Positions 26,335 through 34,421 of a stretch of DNA of 43,475 nt are shown piece by piece (the stretch's first letter is position 1; every line of letters starts with the position of its first letter). The DNA is from a virus (Duplodnaviria > Caudoviricetes). The notes under the pieces were generated by a model. The model saw only the letters and a list, made by a program, of their open reading frames with translations. It was not told the DNA's origin and did not search any database. Made by a program: the position numbers and the translations under genes. The stretch covers positions 1 through 43,475 of IMG/VR virus record IMGVR_UViG_3300016484_001188; one strand, 5' to 3'.

Positions 26335-26715
26335 GTGAGAAACATCAGCTTCGCCCTGACCGTGCCCCAGGTGATGGAGGGCACGAAGACCGTCACGCGG
26401 CGCCTGGGCTGGATGCACCTGAAGGTGGGCGACCAGCTGCGCCCCGTGCGCAAGTGCATGGGCCTGCGGCCCGGCGAGAAGCTCGACGTGCTGCGCGATC
26501 CCATCATCGTGGTCGACGTGCGCCGGGAACCGCTGCGCCGTATGACCGACGACCTCGACTATGGCTTCACCGAGTGCGTGCTTGAGGGCTTCGGCGCGCA
26601 CCCGGACTACCGCTTCCCGAGCGCCTTCGTGGACATGTTCTGTGCCACGCACCGCGGCTGCACGCCCGACACGCTGGTGACGCGGATCGAGTTCGCATAC
26701 CGCCGGGAGGCCTGA
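26335..26715 (+). CDS. ASCH/PUA-like domain protein
   Basis: ISF......GTKTVTRR, EGF, TRIEF. Confidence 0.8.
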   Translation: MRNISFALTVPQVMEGTKTVTRRLGWMHLKVGDQLRPVRKCMGLRPGEKLDVLRDPIIVVDVRREPLRRMTDDLDYGFTECVLEGFGAHPDYRFPSAFVDMFCATHRGCTPDTLVTRIEFAYRREA

Positions 26716-27578
26716 TGCCAGTCACCCGCCCCGCCCTGCGCTACCACGGCGGCAAGTTCAGGCTGGCGCCGTGGATCTTGGGCTTCTTCCCAGACCACAG
26801 CGCCTACGTCGAGCCATTCGGCGGTGCCGGCTCGGTGCTGCTGCAGAAAGCGCCAGCCATGGCTGAGTGCTACAACGACCTAGACGGCCGCATCGTCTCG
26901 TTTTTTCGAGTACTGCGCGACCCCGTCAAGTCCGAAGAGTTGCGCCGGCGCGTCTCGCTTACACCGTACGCCCGCGCTGAGCTGGAATGGGCCTTCGGCG
27001 AGCCGATCGACGAAGTCGACGCTGCGCACCGCCTGGTAGTCCGGTCCTTCCTGGGGCATGGGTCGGACTCCGCCACGCGGACCACCCGCACCGGTTTTCG
27101 CGCCAGACTGACAGACGGCCGCGCGCTGCCATCGGCCGAATGGTCGACTTGGCCAGCGTCGATCGAGACCTTCCGCGAGCGCCTGGCCGGCGTACTCATC
27201 GACAACGACGACGCGGTGCGCGTCATCGACCGCATGGACCACCCGCGCACGCTCATCTACTGCGATCCGCCCTACGTCTTCAGCTCGCGCAGCAGCAAGA
27301 CGAACAAGCGCACCAGCACCACCCGCGGCTACCAGCACGAAATGACCGACGCCGACCACGAGCGGCTGGCCGAGCGCCTGCAGCGCGCCGCCGGGATGGT
27401 CGTCATCTCGGGCTACCCGAGCGCCCTCTACGACCGGCTGTACACCGGCTGGGAGCGCCACCAGCGGCAGGCGATCGCCGACTCGGCCAAGGTCCGCACC
27501 GAGGTGGTCTGGCTCAACCCCGCCTGCAGCCAGGCGCTGCAACGCTCGCGCGGCGGGCTTTTTGCGGAGCACGCGTGA
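26715..27578 (+). CDS. DNA adenine methyltransferase (Dam/D12 class)
   Basis: RYHGGK, YVEPFGGAGSV SAM motif, YND, YCDPPY catalytic motif. Confidence 0.92.
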   Translation: MPVTRPALRYHGGKFRLAPWILGFFPDHSAYVEPFGGAGSVLLQKAPAMAECYNDLDGRIVSFFRVLRDPVKSEELRRRVSLTPYARAELEWAFGEPIDEVDAAHRLVVRSFLGHGSDSATRTTRTGFRARLTDGRALPSAEWSTWPASIETFRERLAGVLIDNDDAVRVIDRMDHPRTLIYCDPPYVFSSRSSKTNKRTSTTRGYQHEMTDADHERLAERLQRAAGMVVISGYPSALYDRLYTGWERHQRQAIADSAKVRTEVVWLNPACSQALQRSRGGLFAEHA

Positions 27579-27802
27579 CCGACCTGGTGCTCACCGACGC
27601 CGAGCTGGTCGCCGTCACCGGCTACCGCCAATCGGCCGCCCAGCTGCGCGAACTGCTGGAGCGCGGCTTCTGGCTGGCCAGGCGCTCGGCGCTGACGGGC
27701 CGGGTAATCCTCGACCGCGCCCACTACGAGGCCGTCTGCCAGGGCGCCGACCGGGCGCCGGACACCGCGCCCCGCCGCAGGCCTATGCTGCGGGCTGTAT
27801 GA
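27575..27802 (+). CDS. Excisionase-like protein (DUF4224-like)
   Basis: LTDAELVAVTGY.Q..AQ.R.L; GTG start; directly upstream of the integrase. Confidence 0.75.
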   Translation: MTDLVLTDAELVAVTGYRQSAAQLRELLERGFWLARRSALTGRVILDRAHYEAVCQGADRAPDTAPRRRPMLRAV

Positions 27803-28791
27803 CCCGATCCGACCTGCCCCGCCGTGTCTACGAGAAGCACGGCGCCTACTACTTCGTGACGCCCGCGGCCAAGTGGATCAAGCTTTGCCGCGTCGACGAC
27901 GGCCTGCCGGCAATGTTCCGCGCGCTGGCCCGGCTGACCGACCAGGAGGCCCACAGCGGCCGCATGCCGGCCGTCATCGCCCGCTGGGTCGAGTCCAAGC
28001 GCAGCGAGTGGAGCGACGGCCACGCCGAGGACCAGGACCGAATCGCCAAGTACATGGGCACCAGGTTCGCCGACTTCCTGCCCTCGGACGTGACGACGCC
28101 CGTGTGCGCCGAGTACCTGAAGAAGCTGGCCAGCAAGCCGCGCACGCACAACCAGCACCGCACCATGCTGCGCCAGGTGCTCGCCTTCGCGGCCATCGAG
28201 GGTCTGCGCGAGGGCCACAACCCGGTCGACAACATCCCGGCCAAGAAGCTGGAGCAGCGGATCCGTATCGTCACCGACGACGAGGTCAAGGCCATGAAGG
28301 CGGCCGCGCTGCTGCAGACCCGCAACGCCGAGGCCCTGGTGCGCATGATCGACCTGGCCATGATCACCGGCCAGCGCATCGGCGACCTGATCCGCATCCG
28401 CTGGCAGGACGTGACCGACGCCGGTATCGTCGTGGTGCAGGGCAAGGGCCAGGGCCGGGTGCGGCTGCTGATCGAGTGGTCGCCGGCCCTGCGTGTCGCC
28501 GTCGAGGCCTGCGCCAAGGGCACCGAGAAGATCGGCCACCTGCTGAAGACACAGAGCGGCCACGGCTACCGCTACGCCGGCATCCGCTCAGCCTGGGACA
28601 GGGCCGCCGAGCGCGCGGGCATCGAGGATCTGCACATCCACGACCTGCGCGGCCGCTCCGGTGTCGACGCGCTGGAAGCCGCCGGCCAGGACATCAAGGC
28701 GGCGCAGAAACTGCTGGGGCATACCAGCGAGGCGATGACGCGCCAGTATGTCGAGGGCAAGTTCGCCAAGCGCGTGAAGCCGGCCCGCTGA
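27799..28791 (+). CDS. int: Tyrosine integrase
   Basis: TGQRIGD (R), HDLR (H-x-x-R), LLGH, TRQY; N-terminal arm-binding-type LPRRVYEKHGAYYF. Confidence 0.95.
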   Translation: MTRSDLPRRVYEKHGAYYFVTPAAKWIKLCRVDDGLPAMFRALARLTDQEAHSGRMPAVIARWVESKRSEWSDGHAEDQDRIAKYMGTRFADFLPSDVTTPVCAEYLKKLASKPRTHNQHRTMLRQVLAFAAIEGLREGHNPVDNIPAKKLEQRIRIVTDDEVKAMKAAALLQTRNAEALVRMIDLAMITGQRIGDLIRIRWQDVTDAGIVVVQGKGQGRVRLLIEWSPALRVAVEACAKGTEKIGHLLKTQSGHGYRYAGIRSAWDRAAERAGIEDLHIHDLRGRSGVDALEAAGQDIKAAQKLLGHTSEAMTRQYVEGKFAKRVKPAR

Positions 28792-28793
28792 GC

Positions 28794-28955
28794 TGTCTAA
28801 AAGGGTTTCGGCCCACCCGGGAAAACCTCGCGTTTTCTGCCTTTCCAGAATTAGACAAACCGGCCGCAAACCCGCATGAATGCTGGATAGCGCACCAGCC
28901 TTCTAAGCAGACGTTCACCCTATGACGGGTGTCTAAAAATACGGGCTTTGTCTAA
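28794..28955. other. attP: arm-type TGTCTAA repeats flanking a tRNA-Arg-like core (28883-28908)
   Basis: TGTCTAA at 28794, 28930 and 28949, inverted at 28851; core CTGGATAGCGCACCAGCCTTCTAAGC resembles a tRNA D-loop to anticodon segment. Confidence 0.75.
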
Positions 28956-28957
28956 AT

Positions 28958-29034
28958 CCGCCAGTAGCTCAACTGGATAGAGCACGCGCCTTCTAAGCGC
29001 GAGGTCGGGGGTTCGAGTCCCTCCTGGCGGGCCA
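28958..29034 (+). tRNA. tRNA-Arg (anticodon UCU)
   Basis: Full cloverleaf: acceptor CCGCCAG/CTGGCGG, D stem GCTC/GAGC, anticodon stem CGCGC/GCGCG with loop CTTCTAA, TTCGAGT T loop, encoded CCA. Confidence 0.97.
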
Positions 29035-29052
29035 ATTTCTCTGCCGACTTGA

Positions 29053-29072
29053 TACTGTATGCTCGTCCAGCA
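29053..29072. promoter_or_regulatory. Putative LexA (SOS) box
   Basis: TACTGTATGCTCGTCCAGCA fits CTG-N10-CAG with a consensus left half; abuts the ATG at 29072. Confidence 0.7.
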
Positions 29073-29404
29073 TGAGGCAGGTCGAGACATACCGATGGCG
29101 CGTCCAGTGGCTGGGCCGCTGGACCACCACGCGGCATCACACCAGCGAGGAAGACATCCGCGTTGAGCACCCGGAAGCGGTCGCCGTGCCGGGCTCGCTT
29201 ATCGTGCTGGAGGTGCCGGAGACCGACGACGAGCGCGAGGCCCTGAACGCCCGCATCACCTTCGGCCGCGTTGCGACGCCGGCGCCAGGGATGCCGCCTC
29301 TCAGGTCGGCTTGCTCGGCCGGCGCCAGTCCCAAGGGGCCACCGGCGCAGGATCAGCCCACAGGCCACGCCGCGATTCCCGCGCCGCCGCTTCAGCGGTC
29401 TTGA
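29072..29404 (+). CDS. Putative SOS-regulated small protein (candidate antirepressor)
   Basis: ORF starts at the LexA box; N-terminal 65 aa look protein-like; 3' part overlaps the convergent nuclease gene. Confidence 0.6.
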   Translation: MRQVETYRWRVQWLGRWTTTRHHTSEEDIRVEHPEAVAVPGSLIVLEVPETDDEREALNARITFGRVATPAPGMPPLRSACSAGASPKGPPAQDQPTGHAAIPAPPLQRS

Positions 29405-29723
29405 TGCTGGGATCGGTCAGGTACTTGGTGAACGCCCAGGCCATGCCCGCCCTCACCTGCTCGGCGCTCGCATCCTGGCCAGCGCACGACACGCGCGCCA
29501 CGGTGCGCCCGTAGCGGTCGCGGGTCTGCGGCCGCACTTCGGCGCGCAACTCGTGGCACAACTCGGCCAGATGCTGGCGGCTGCGTTCGCCCCAGGCTTG
29601 GGCTTTCTCGGGCGCGTCGATCTCGGCCAGGCGGATGATGGCCACGGGGTCATCGCCGCAGCGCACGCGCAGCGTGTCGCCGTCGGTGATGGCGACGACC
29701 AGGCAGAGCAACAGGGAATCCAT
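29301..29723 (-). CDS. Thermonuclease (SNase family)
   Basis: VVAITDGDTL, IRLAEIDAPE, DRYGRTVA, ARE.RRGLW. Confidence 0.92.
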   Translation of the reverse strand: MDSLLLCLVVAITDGDTLRVRCGDDPVAIIRLAEIDAPEKAQAWGERSRQHLAELCHELRAEVRPQTRDRYGRTVARVSCAGQDASAEQVRAGMAWAFTKYLTDPSIKTAEAAARESRRGLWADPAPVAPWDWRRPSKPT

Positions 29724-29784
29724 CGGGCGAGTGTCGGCGGCAACGGGGCTGCGTCAGCATCCCCCTGAGTGGGGGGAGCCGCGA

Positions 29785-30156
29785 TCAGCCGGCACCGAAA
29801 GCCGCGCGCACCTGGGCGGCGATCTGCGGCAGCGCACGATCCAGGGCGCCACGGTCACGGATGCGGAGATTGACCTCGCCCGGCACGCCGGCCGCCTCGA
29901 GCTGCGCGCATGCGGCTGCGTGGGCATCCATCCACAGCGCGCCGGCATCGCAGTGGCGCGCCGACATGCGGGGCTCCTGCGCCAGCATGTCCGACCGGTC
30001 GAGCTCGAACCAACAGTAGGCCGCCACCATCGGATCGACGTCGGACGCGTCGAACACTCCGGCTGCCGCGCAGCGAGCCGCATCCAGTGCGGACGCTTCG
30101 GCGCCATCGGCCTCGATCAGGATTTGCTCAAATGCGCTCATGACGCTGGGCATCAT
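29785..30156 (-). CDS. Hypothetical protein
   Basis: 123 aa ORF fills the gap between the nuclease and SRAP genes. Confidence 0.5.
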   Translation of the reverse strand: MMPSVMSAFEQILIEADGAEASALDAARCAAAGVFDASDVDPMVAAYCWFELDRSDMLAQEPRMSARHCDAGALWMDAHAAACAQLEAAGVPGEVNLRIRDRGALDRALPQIAAQVRAAFGAG

Positions 30157-30191
30157 AGCGACCGTGCCCGCGGCCTGCCTGGAGTGTGCCC

Positions 30192-30875
30192 ATGTGCTCG
30201 AACTACGTCGCGGTCACCAGCATTGACCGCTTGCTCAGCTTCTTCGGCGTAACACCGACCGGCGACATGGATCTGCCGGCCGAGGTGTACCCGCTGGGGC
30301 TCGCGCCGTTCATCCGCCTGGCTGAAGACGGTTCGGGCAACAAGATCGTGGAGGGCGGGCAGTTCGGCCTGCTGCCGGTGTTCGCCAAAGAAATCGCCTA
30401 CGGCCGGCGCACGTACAACGCGCGGTCGGAGACGGTGGCCACGTTGGCCAGCTTCCGCGACGCATGGAAGCGCGGCCAGCGCTGCATCATCCCCGCCGAA
30501 CTGGTCTACGAGCCCTGCTGGGAGACCGGGAAGGCCGTGCGGTGGGCCATCCAACAGCCTGGCGGCGTGCCGATGGGGATCGCCGGCATCTACCGGCGCT
30601 GGCGGGCGCCTGACGGGGTAGACCGGTGGACGTTCGCCATGCTGACCGTCAACGCGGATGGGCACCCGGTTTTCAAGCGCATGCACCGCCCTGAGGACGA
30701 GAAGCGCATGGTGGTGATCCTCAGCGAGGAGGATCAAGACCGGTGGCTGGGTTGCTCGGTCAGCGAGGCGCCCGCATTCTTCCGGCAGTGGACGGGCCCA
30801 TTGGAGGCGTTCGCAGCACCGAAGGGCGGTATGCCCCGCCCGAAGCCTCAGCCGCCGCAGCAGAACCTGTTCTGA
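30192..30875 (+). CDS. SOS response-associated peptidase (SRAP/YedK-like, abasic-site protecting)
   Basis: N-terminal MC, YNARSET, RCIIPA..VYE, MH...EKRM.VIL; GGAG RBS. Confidence 0.92.
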   Translation: MCSNYVAVTSIDRLLSFFGVTPTGDMDLPAEVYPLGLAPFIRLAEDGSGNKIVEGGQFGLLPVFAKEIAYGRRTYNARSETVATLASFRDAWKRGQRCIIPAELVYEPCWETGKAVRWAIQQPGGVPMGIAGIYRRWRAPDGVDRWTFAMLTVNADGHPVFKRMHRPEDEKRMVVILSEEDQDRWLGCSVSEAPAFFRQWTGPLEAFAAPKGGMPRPKPQPPQQNLF

Positions 30876-30900
30876 CGCTCAGGCTGCGCCCTTGACCTTC

Positions 30901-31344
30901 TCAGCGGTCGTGCCGCCCGCCCTCGCTGGTCGGCCGGCTCAGGGCTTCACGGGCCGCCCCACACTCTGCAAGGTGTCGGCGACCTTCTTCAAGTAGTCCA
31001 GCACCCTCCCCGAGTAGCTCAACAAGCCCGGCGACGGTGGCGCCGTCAGGCTGGGCGGTACCGGCTCGGGCGGCGGCGGCGATGCGATCGGCCTCGATGC
31101 GCACGCGCTCAGTGTCACGAGCAGCAGCAGCGGCAATGCTCTGCTCAGCCTGGAGGCGGCGGGCGAACCCGTCGAGTTGCTGGGTGCGCGTTCGCGCGGC
31201 GATGCGTTCTGCTTCACGGTTGACCTCGCTCTGTTCCAGGGCCTGCTCGGTGGCCGCGCTGTTTATGCGCCAGCCGTTGACCTGCCAGCCGGCCAGGAAT
31301 GCCACCAGGAGCGCGCCGGCGGCAAGCCACGGCCCGCCGATCAC
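30901..31344 (-). CDS. Rz-like inner-membrane spanin
   Basis: GTG overlaps endolysin stop; N-terminal TM (WLAAGALLVAFLAGWQVNGWR) then coiled coil. Confidence 0.8.
   Translation of the reverse strand: MIGGPWLAAGALLVAFLAGWQVNGWRINSAATEQALEQSEVNREAERIAARTRTQQLDGFARRLQAEQSIAAAAARDTERVRIEADRIAAAARAGTAQPDGATVAGLVELLGEGAGLLEEGRRHLAECGAAREALSRPTSEGGRHDR
30939..31217 (-). CDS. Rz1-like outer-membrane spanin lipoprotein embedded in Rz (start uncertain)
   Basis: LPLLLLVTLSAC lipobox then Pro-rich SPPPPEPVPPSLTAPP, in an alternate frame within Rz. Confidence 0.75.
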   Translation of the reverse strand: MKQNASPRERAPSNSTGSPAASRLSRALPLLLLVTLSACASRPIASPPPPEPVPPSLTAPPSPGLLSYSGRVLDYLKKVADTLQSVGRPVKP

Positions 31345-31781
31345 ACCGGCTCCTCGGCCGCGCGCACGATCTCCACTATCACCGCCTCGCCAGCCTTGAG
31401 CGCCCGGTCGATCTTCGGGATCAGGTAGTCGCACGCGGGTCTGCTCTGGCCGACGCCCTTGGCGTTGCGCACCAGGCCGGGCAGCAGGCAGCCCTCGGTG
31501 TCGGCCGAGGTGTTGCCCGGGTGGATTCGCACGCCGGCAAACCCTGGCACGTTCAGCAGGATGGGCAACAGCCGGCCGAAGCGCTTCGACCAGGTGATGT
31601 CCACTCGGTAGGCGCCGTAGGGAATAGCAGTCTTGCCGTAGACCTTCCACGCCTCCACCGGCTGCCCGAGCACCTCGCGCACGGCGTCCTCGCACACCCA
31701 GCAAAAGTGCTCGCCGTCGATCGACAGCGCGCCGATCGTCACGTCTGCGTCAAGCTGGACCCGTTCCAACATCATTCGCAT
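31341..31781 (-). CDS. Putative endolysin, DUF5675-like
   Basis: TIG.L, TAIP.G.Y, GVRIHPGN...DTEGCLL.G; lies between holin-like and spanin genes. Confidence 0.8.
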   Translation of the reverse strand: MRMMLERVQLDADVTIGALSIDGEHFCWVCEDAVREVLGQPVEAWKVYGKTAIPYGAYRVDITWSKRFGRLLPILLNVPGFAGVRIHPGNTSADTEGCLLPGLVRNAKGVGQSRPACDYLIPKIDRALKAGEAVIVEIVRAAEEPV

Positions 31782-31785
31782 GGGG

Positions 31786-32076
31786 TCACCTTTCGTCGTT
31801 AGAGAAGGCGCGCGGTGTGCCGCCACGCCAGTGGTGCGAGGTGGCCACCTGAACGGCGGCCACGCCCGCAAGCAGCAGCACCATGAGCCAGCTCGGCCCG
31901 CCCCAGCCGAGTGCCGGGCCGACCATGCAGGCGATGCTGGCAAGGGAGAGCACGAAGAAGCTGGCGCGGATGGTCGGGCGAGTCTGCGAGTCCATGCGCA
32001 CGAAGCGGCAGAAGCAGCTGTAGAAGACGGTCAGGGCCGCGGTCTGGTGTGCAACGTCGAGCAGCGTCTGCGTCAT
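31786..32076 (-). CDS. Holin-like membrane protein
   Basis: 96 aa from MTQTLLD with about three hydrophobic segments; in the lysis cassette. Confidence 0.65.
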   Translation of the reverse strand: MTQTLLDVAHQTAALTVFYSCFCRFVRMDSQTRPTIRASFFVLSLASIACMVGPALGWGGPSWLMVLLLAGVAAVQVATSHHWRGGTPRAFSNDER

Positions 32077-32465
32077 GGCGTACCCTCCCGCTTGGTCTGC
32101 TCGGCAACGCCTGCTCTTCGCAGCAGGACCCGGCCAATGCCGCGCACCAAGCGCGGCCAGTCGTCGCCGACCATGCCGATGGCAAGGGCCACCAACCCGA
32201 TGGCGTGGTGTACCGGCACGCCGAAGCGCTGCTCGATGAAGATGGCCGCCGGCATCGTGACGATGGTGGCGAGCGCCACCACGCGCACCACGAACCACAC
32301 GCCGGCCATCCGCGTGGTGGCTGGACGCTTGGCCAGTGGCCACATGGCGCCGGCGAGTGCAGCCCAAACGATCACCGCATACGGACCGAAAGTCGGGCCG
32401 AGCAGTGCCGCGAAGGCGGCCGCGATGCCGACACTGGCAGCAGCTGAAGAGGTCGGTTCTGGCAT
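32073..32465 (-). CDS. Holin-like membrane protein
   Basis: 130 aa with 3-4 hydrophobic segments and a basic C-terminus. Confidence 0.7.
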   Translation of the reverse strand: MPEPTSSAAASVGIAAAFAALLGPTFGPYAVIVWAALAGAMWPLAKRPATTRMAGVWFVVRVVALATIVTMPAAIFIEQRFGVPVHHAIGLVALAIGMVGDDWPRLVRGIGRVLLRRAGVAEQTKREGTP

Positions 32466-32474
32466 GTCTACCTT

Positions 32475-34418
32475 TCAGGCGTGCGCCACGTACCAGGTGA
32501 AACCGGGCGGGGGCGGCATGTCGGCGTTCAGGTTGGAGTTTGTGAAGACCTTCCAACCGCTGATCGAGCCCGAGCCTGGCCCTGTCAACTCGCGATCGGT
32601 CAGCTTGCGGGTGCGCGGCGTGCCAGGCGGCAGGGACTCGAGCATCAGGTAGAGCAGCGGGTAGAACAGCGTGGTCAGCTCCTGCCCGCTTGACTCGATC
32701 TCGTGCGGCCCTTGAGTGCCAGTAACGAGCAGGCGGTGCGTGCCCGGTCGAACCCCCTTGAGCAGCCACGGCATGTTGCTCAGGTGCTCGGAGAATCCGC
32801 AGCGGGCAGCGTTGTTCAGCGCCGTGTTGGCCGAGTCGGTGACCGGCTCATACGCCATGAAGTTCGTGGTGTCGCAATCGCACGAACCGCACGCCGCGAG
32901 ATAGTCGGCGTAGTCGGGATCCGTCTCAGGCTTGGCCGTCTCGAAGTAGACGGCGAACGGCGGCCGCGCGTTGAGTGCCGCGATCACCTTCTCGTCGGTC
33001 AGCGGGCCCTTGCCTGCGCCGAAGCCACAACCAGGCAAGCGAACACCGAACGCGTCGCGGATCGTCAGGTGGCCCTTGTAAAGGGCGCCCAGCGCGGCCT
33101 TGTAGTCGCTTGACGGCTTGAAGGTGATGTTCTGGAACACGACGTCGACGCTCCAGCGCCATGCGTCGTTGTTGGGCTTGTCGTTGTCGCCCTGCACCAG
33201 CACTCCACCCTCGATCTCACCGGCGCTGATCTCCAGGTTCTTGCAGCTCAGCACCTGCCCTACCCAGACACGCTCCCCGCCCACCACGTTGAAAAGCGTC
33301 GGGTAGATGGTGCCGGGCGACCAAGCGTCGATCTTCGACACCTTCAGGGACGCGCAGTTGTTGAACTTGAAGCCGCCAGACTTGCAACTTGCGCCGACCT
33401 GATCGACCTTGCCGTCCGACACGCTGTCCCAAACGATGCCAATGCCGTCGCAGTCCGTCGCCTTGAAGTTCCGGCCGCGCACCTGGTCGTTGTCTTCGAT
33501 CAGGATGCCGTGGCCCGGCATGTCGGCCACGATGAGGTTCTCGAGGTCAGGTGACCGGTCGGACTTGCTCACAACCGGTTTTGGCACGTGGATACCGTGC
33601 CGACGGTGCCCGGTCGGTTGAGCGCCCAGGTTGCCGCTCAACGTGAAGTTACGCAGGACTGGCTGCGGGTTGATGTTCCACTTCTTCTTGCCGTCGTCGC
33701 GATAGGTCAGCATCGCGTCGTCGGGCCCGGCCACGCCGCCCAGGCTGCTGTAGTCAGCACGCAGGACGCTGGCGCCTGGAGATGCGCCGCTGCCCTCAAT
33801 ACCCACACCGCGTCGCGAGACGAACAGCGGCCCAACCGAGCAGATGCCCGTCCGCAGCCGCACCAGGTTGCCGTTACCAACGTCCTGCCCGTGCGTCTCG
33901 GTCGCCGCCGCCTCGTCCAGGCTCGCCTGCACGGCGACGGTGCTGACGGCGGAGTAGTCGAACTTCGCCCCGTGGTCCCGCGCGGGGTCTCGCACGTTGA
34001 CCATGGCACCCAGCGCGTCGGTCGTCCACCCAGTGTTGCCGGTGCCGCTCGCCTTGTAGTACAGGGCCTGCGTGCTCGTGGCGTCGATGCGGCGGTAGGT
34101 CGCCCCAACCGGCGCCGCGATCACCCCCTCGGGCGAGCCCAGGCCCAGGATCTCTCCGTCGGGCACCCAGGCGCCGTTGATCACCACCCAGTTGCTGCCC
34201 CAGGTGCCGCGATCGAGCATCACCGCCATGGCGCCGGTCAGGGCCTTGAGGTCATCGCGCGCGTCCAGCTCGGCGAACGTCCCGATCGCGGGGCTGGTGC
34301 ACAGCGTGTGCCCCGCGGCGCGTCCGACCTTGAAGGTGCGGAACTCCAGCCCCGACCGCATGCGGTCGATAAGGCGATCGAACCATCCTTGGTCCTCGAT
34401 GAATCCACCCTTGCGCAT
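32475..34418 (-). CDS. Tail spike with pectate-lyase-like beta-helix (putative depolymerase)
   Basis: GSPEGVIAAPVGATY and NTGW linker, VNVRD..GAK.D....VQA.LD cap, repeated G.GI beta-helix turns. Confidence 0.75.
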   Translation of the reverse strand: MRKGGFIEDQGWFDRLIDRMRSGLEFRTFKVGRAAGHTLCTSPAIGTFAELDARDDLKALTGAMAVMLDRGTWGSNWVVINGAWVPDGEILGLGSPEGVIAAPVGATYRRIDATSTQALYYKASGTGNTGWTTDALGAMVNVRDPARDHGAKFDYSAVSTVAVQASLDEAAATETHGQDVGNGNLVRLRTGICSVGPLFVSRRGVGIEGSGASPGASVLRADYSSLGGVAGPDDAMLTYRDDGKKKWNINPQPVLRNFTLSGNLGAQPTGHRRHGIHVPKPVVSKSDRSPDLENLIVADMPGHGILIEDNDQVRGRNFKATDCDGIGIVWDSVSDGKVDQVGASCKSGGFKFNNCASLKVSKIDAWSPGTIYPTLFNVVGGERVWVGQVLSCKNLEISAGEIEGGVLVQGDNDKPNNDAWRWSVDVVFQNITFKPSSDYKAALGALYKGHLTIRDAFGVRLPGCGFGAGKGPLTDEKVIAALNARPPFAVYFETAKPETDPDYADYLAACGSCDCDTTNFMAYEPVTDSANTALNNAARCGFSEHLSNMPWLLKGVRPGTHRLLVTGTQGPHEIESSGQELTTLFYPLLYLMLESLPPGTPRTRKLTDRELTGPGSGSISGWKVFTNSNLNADMPPPPGFTWYVAHA

Positions 34419-34421
34419 GCC

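Noticed and set aside
28958-29034. tRNA carried to boost translation of phage genes
   Set aside because: Arg codons in the genes I read are overwhelmingly CGN; position beside a same-isotype attP core explains it better (codon counts not computed)
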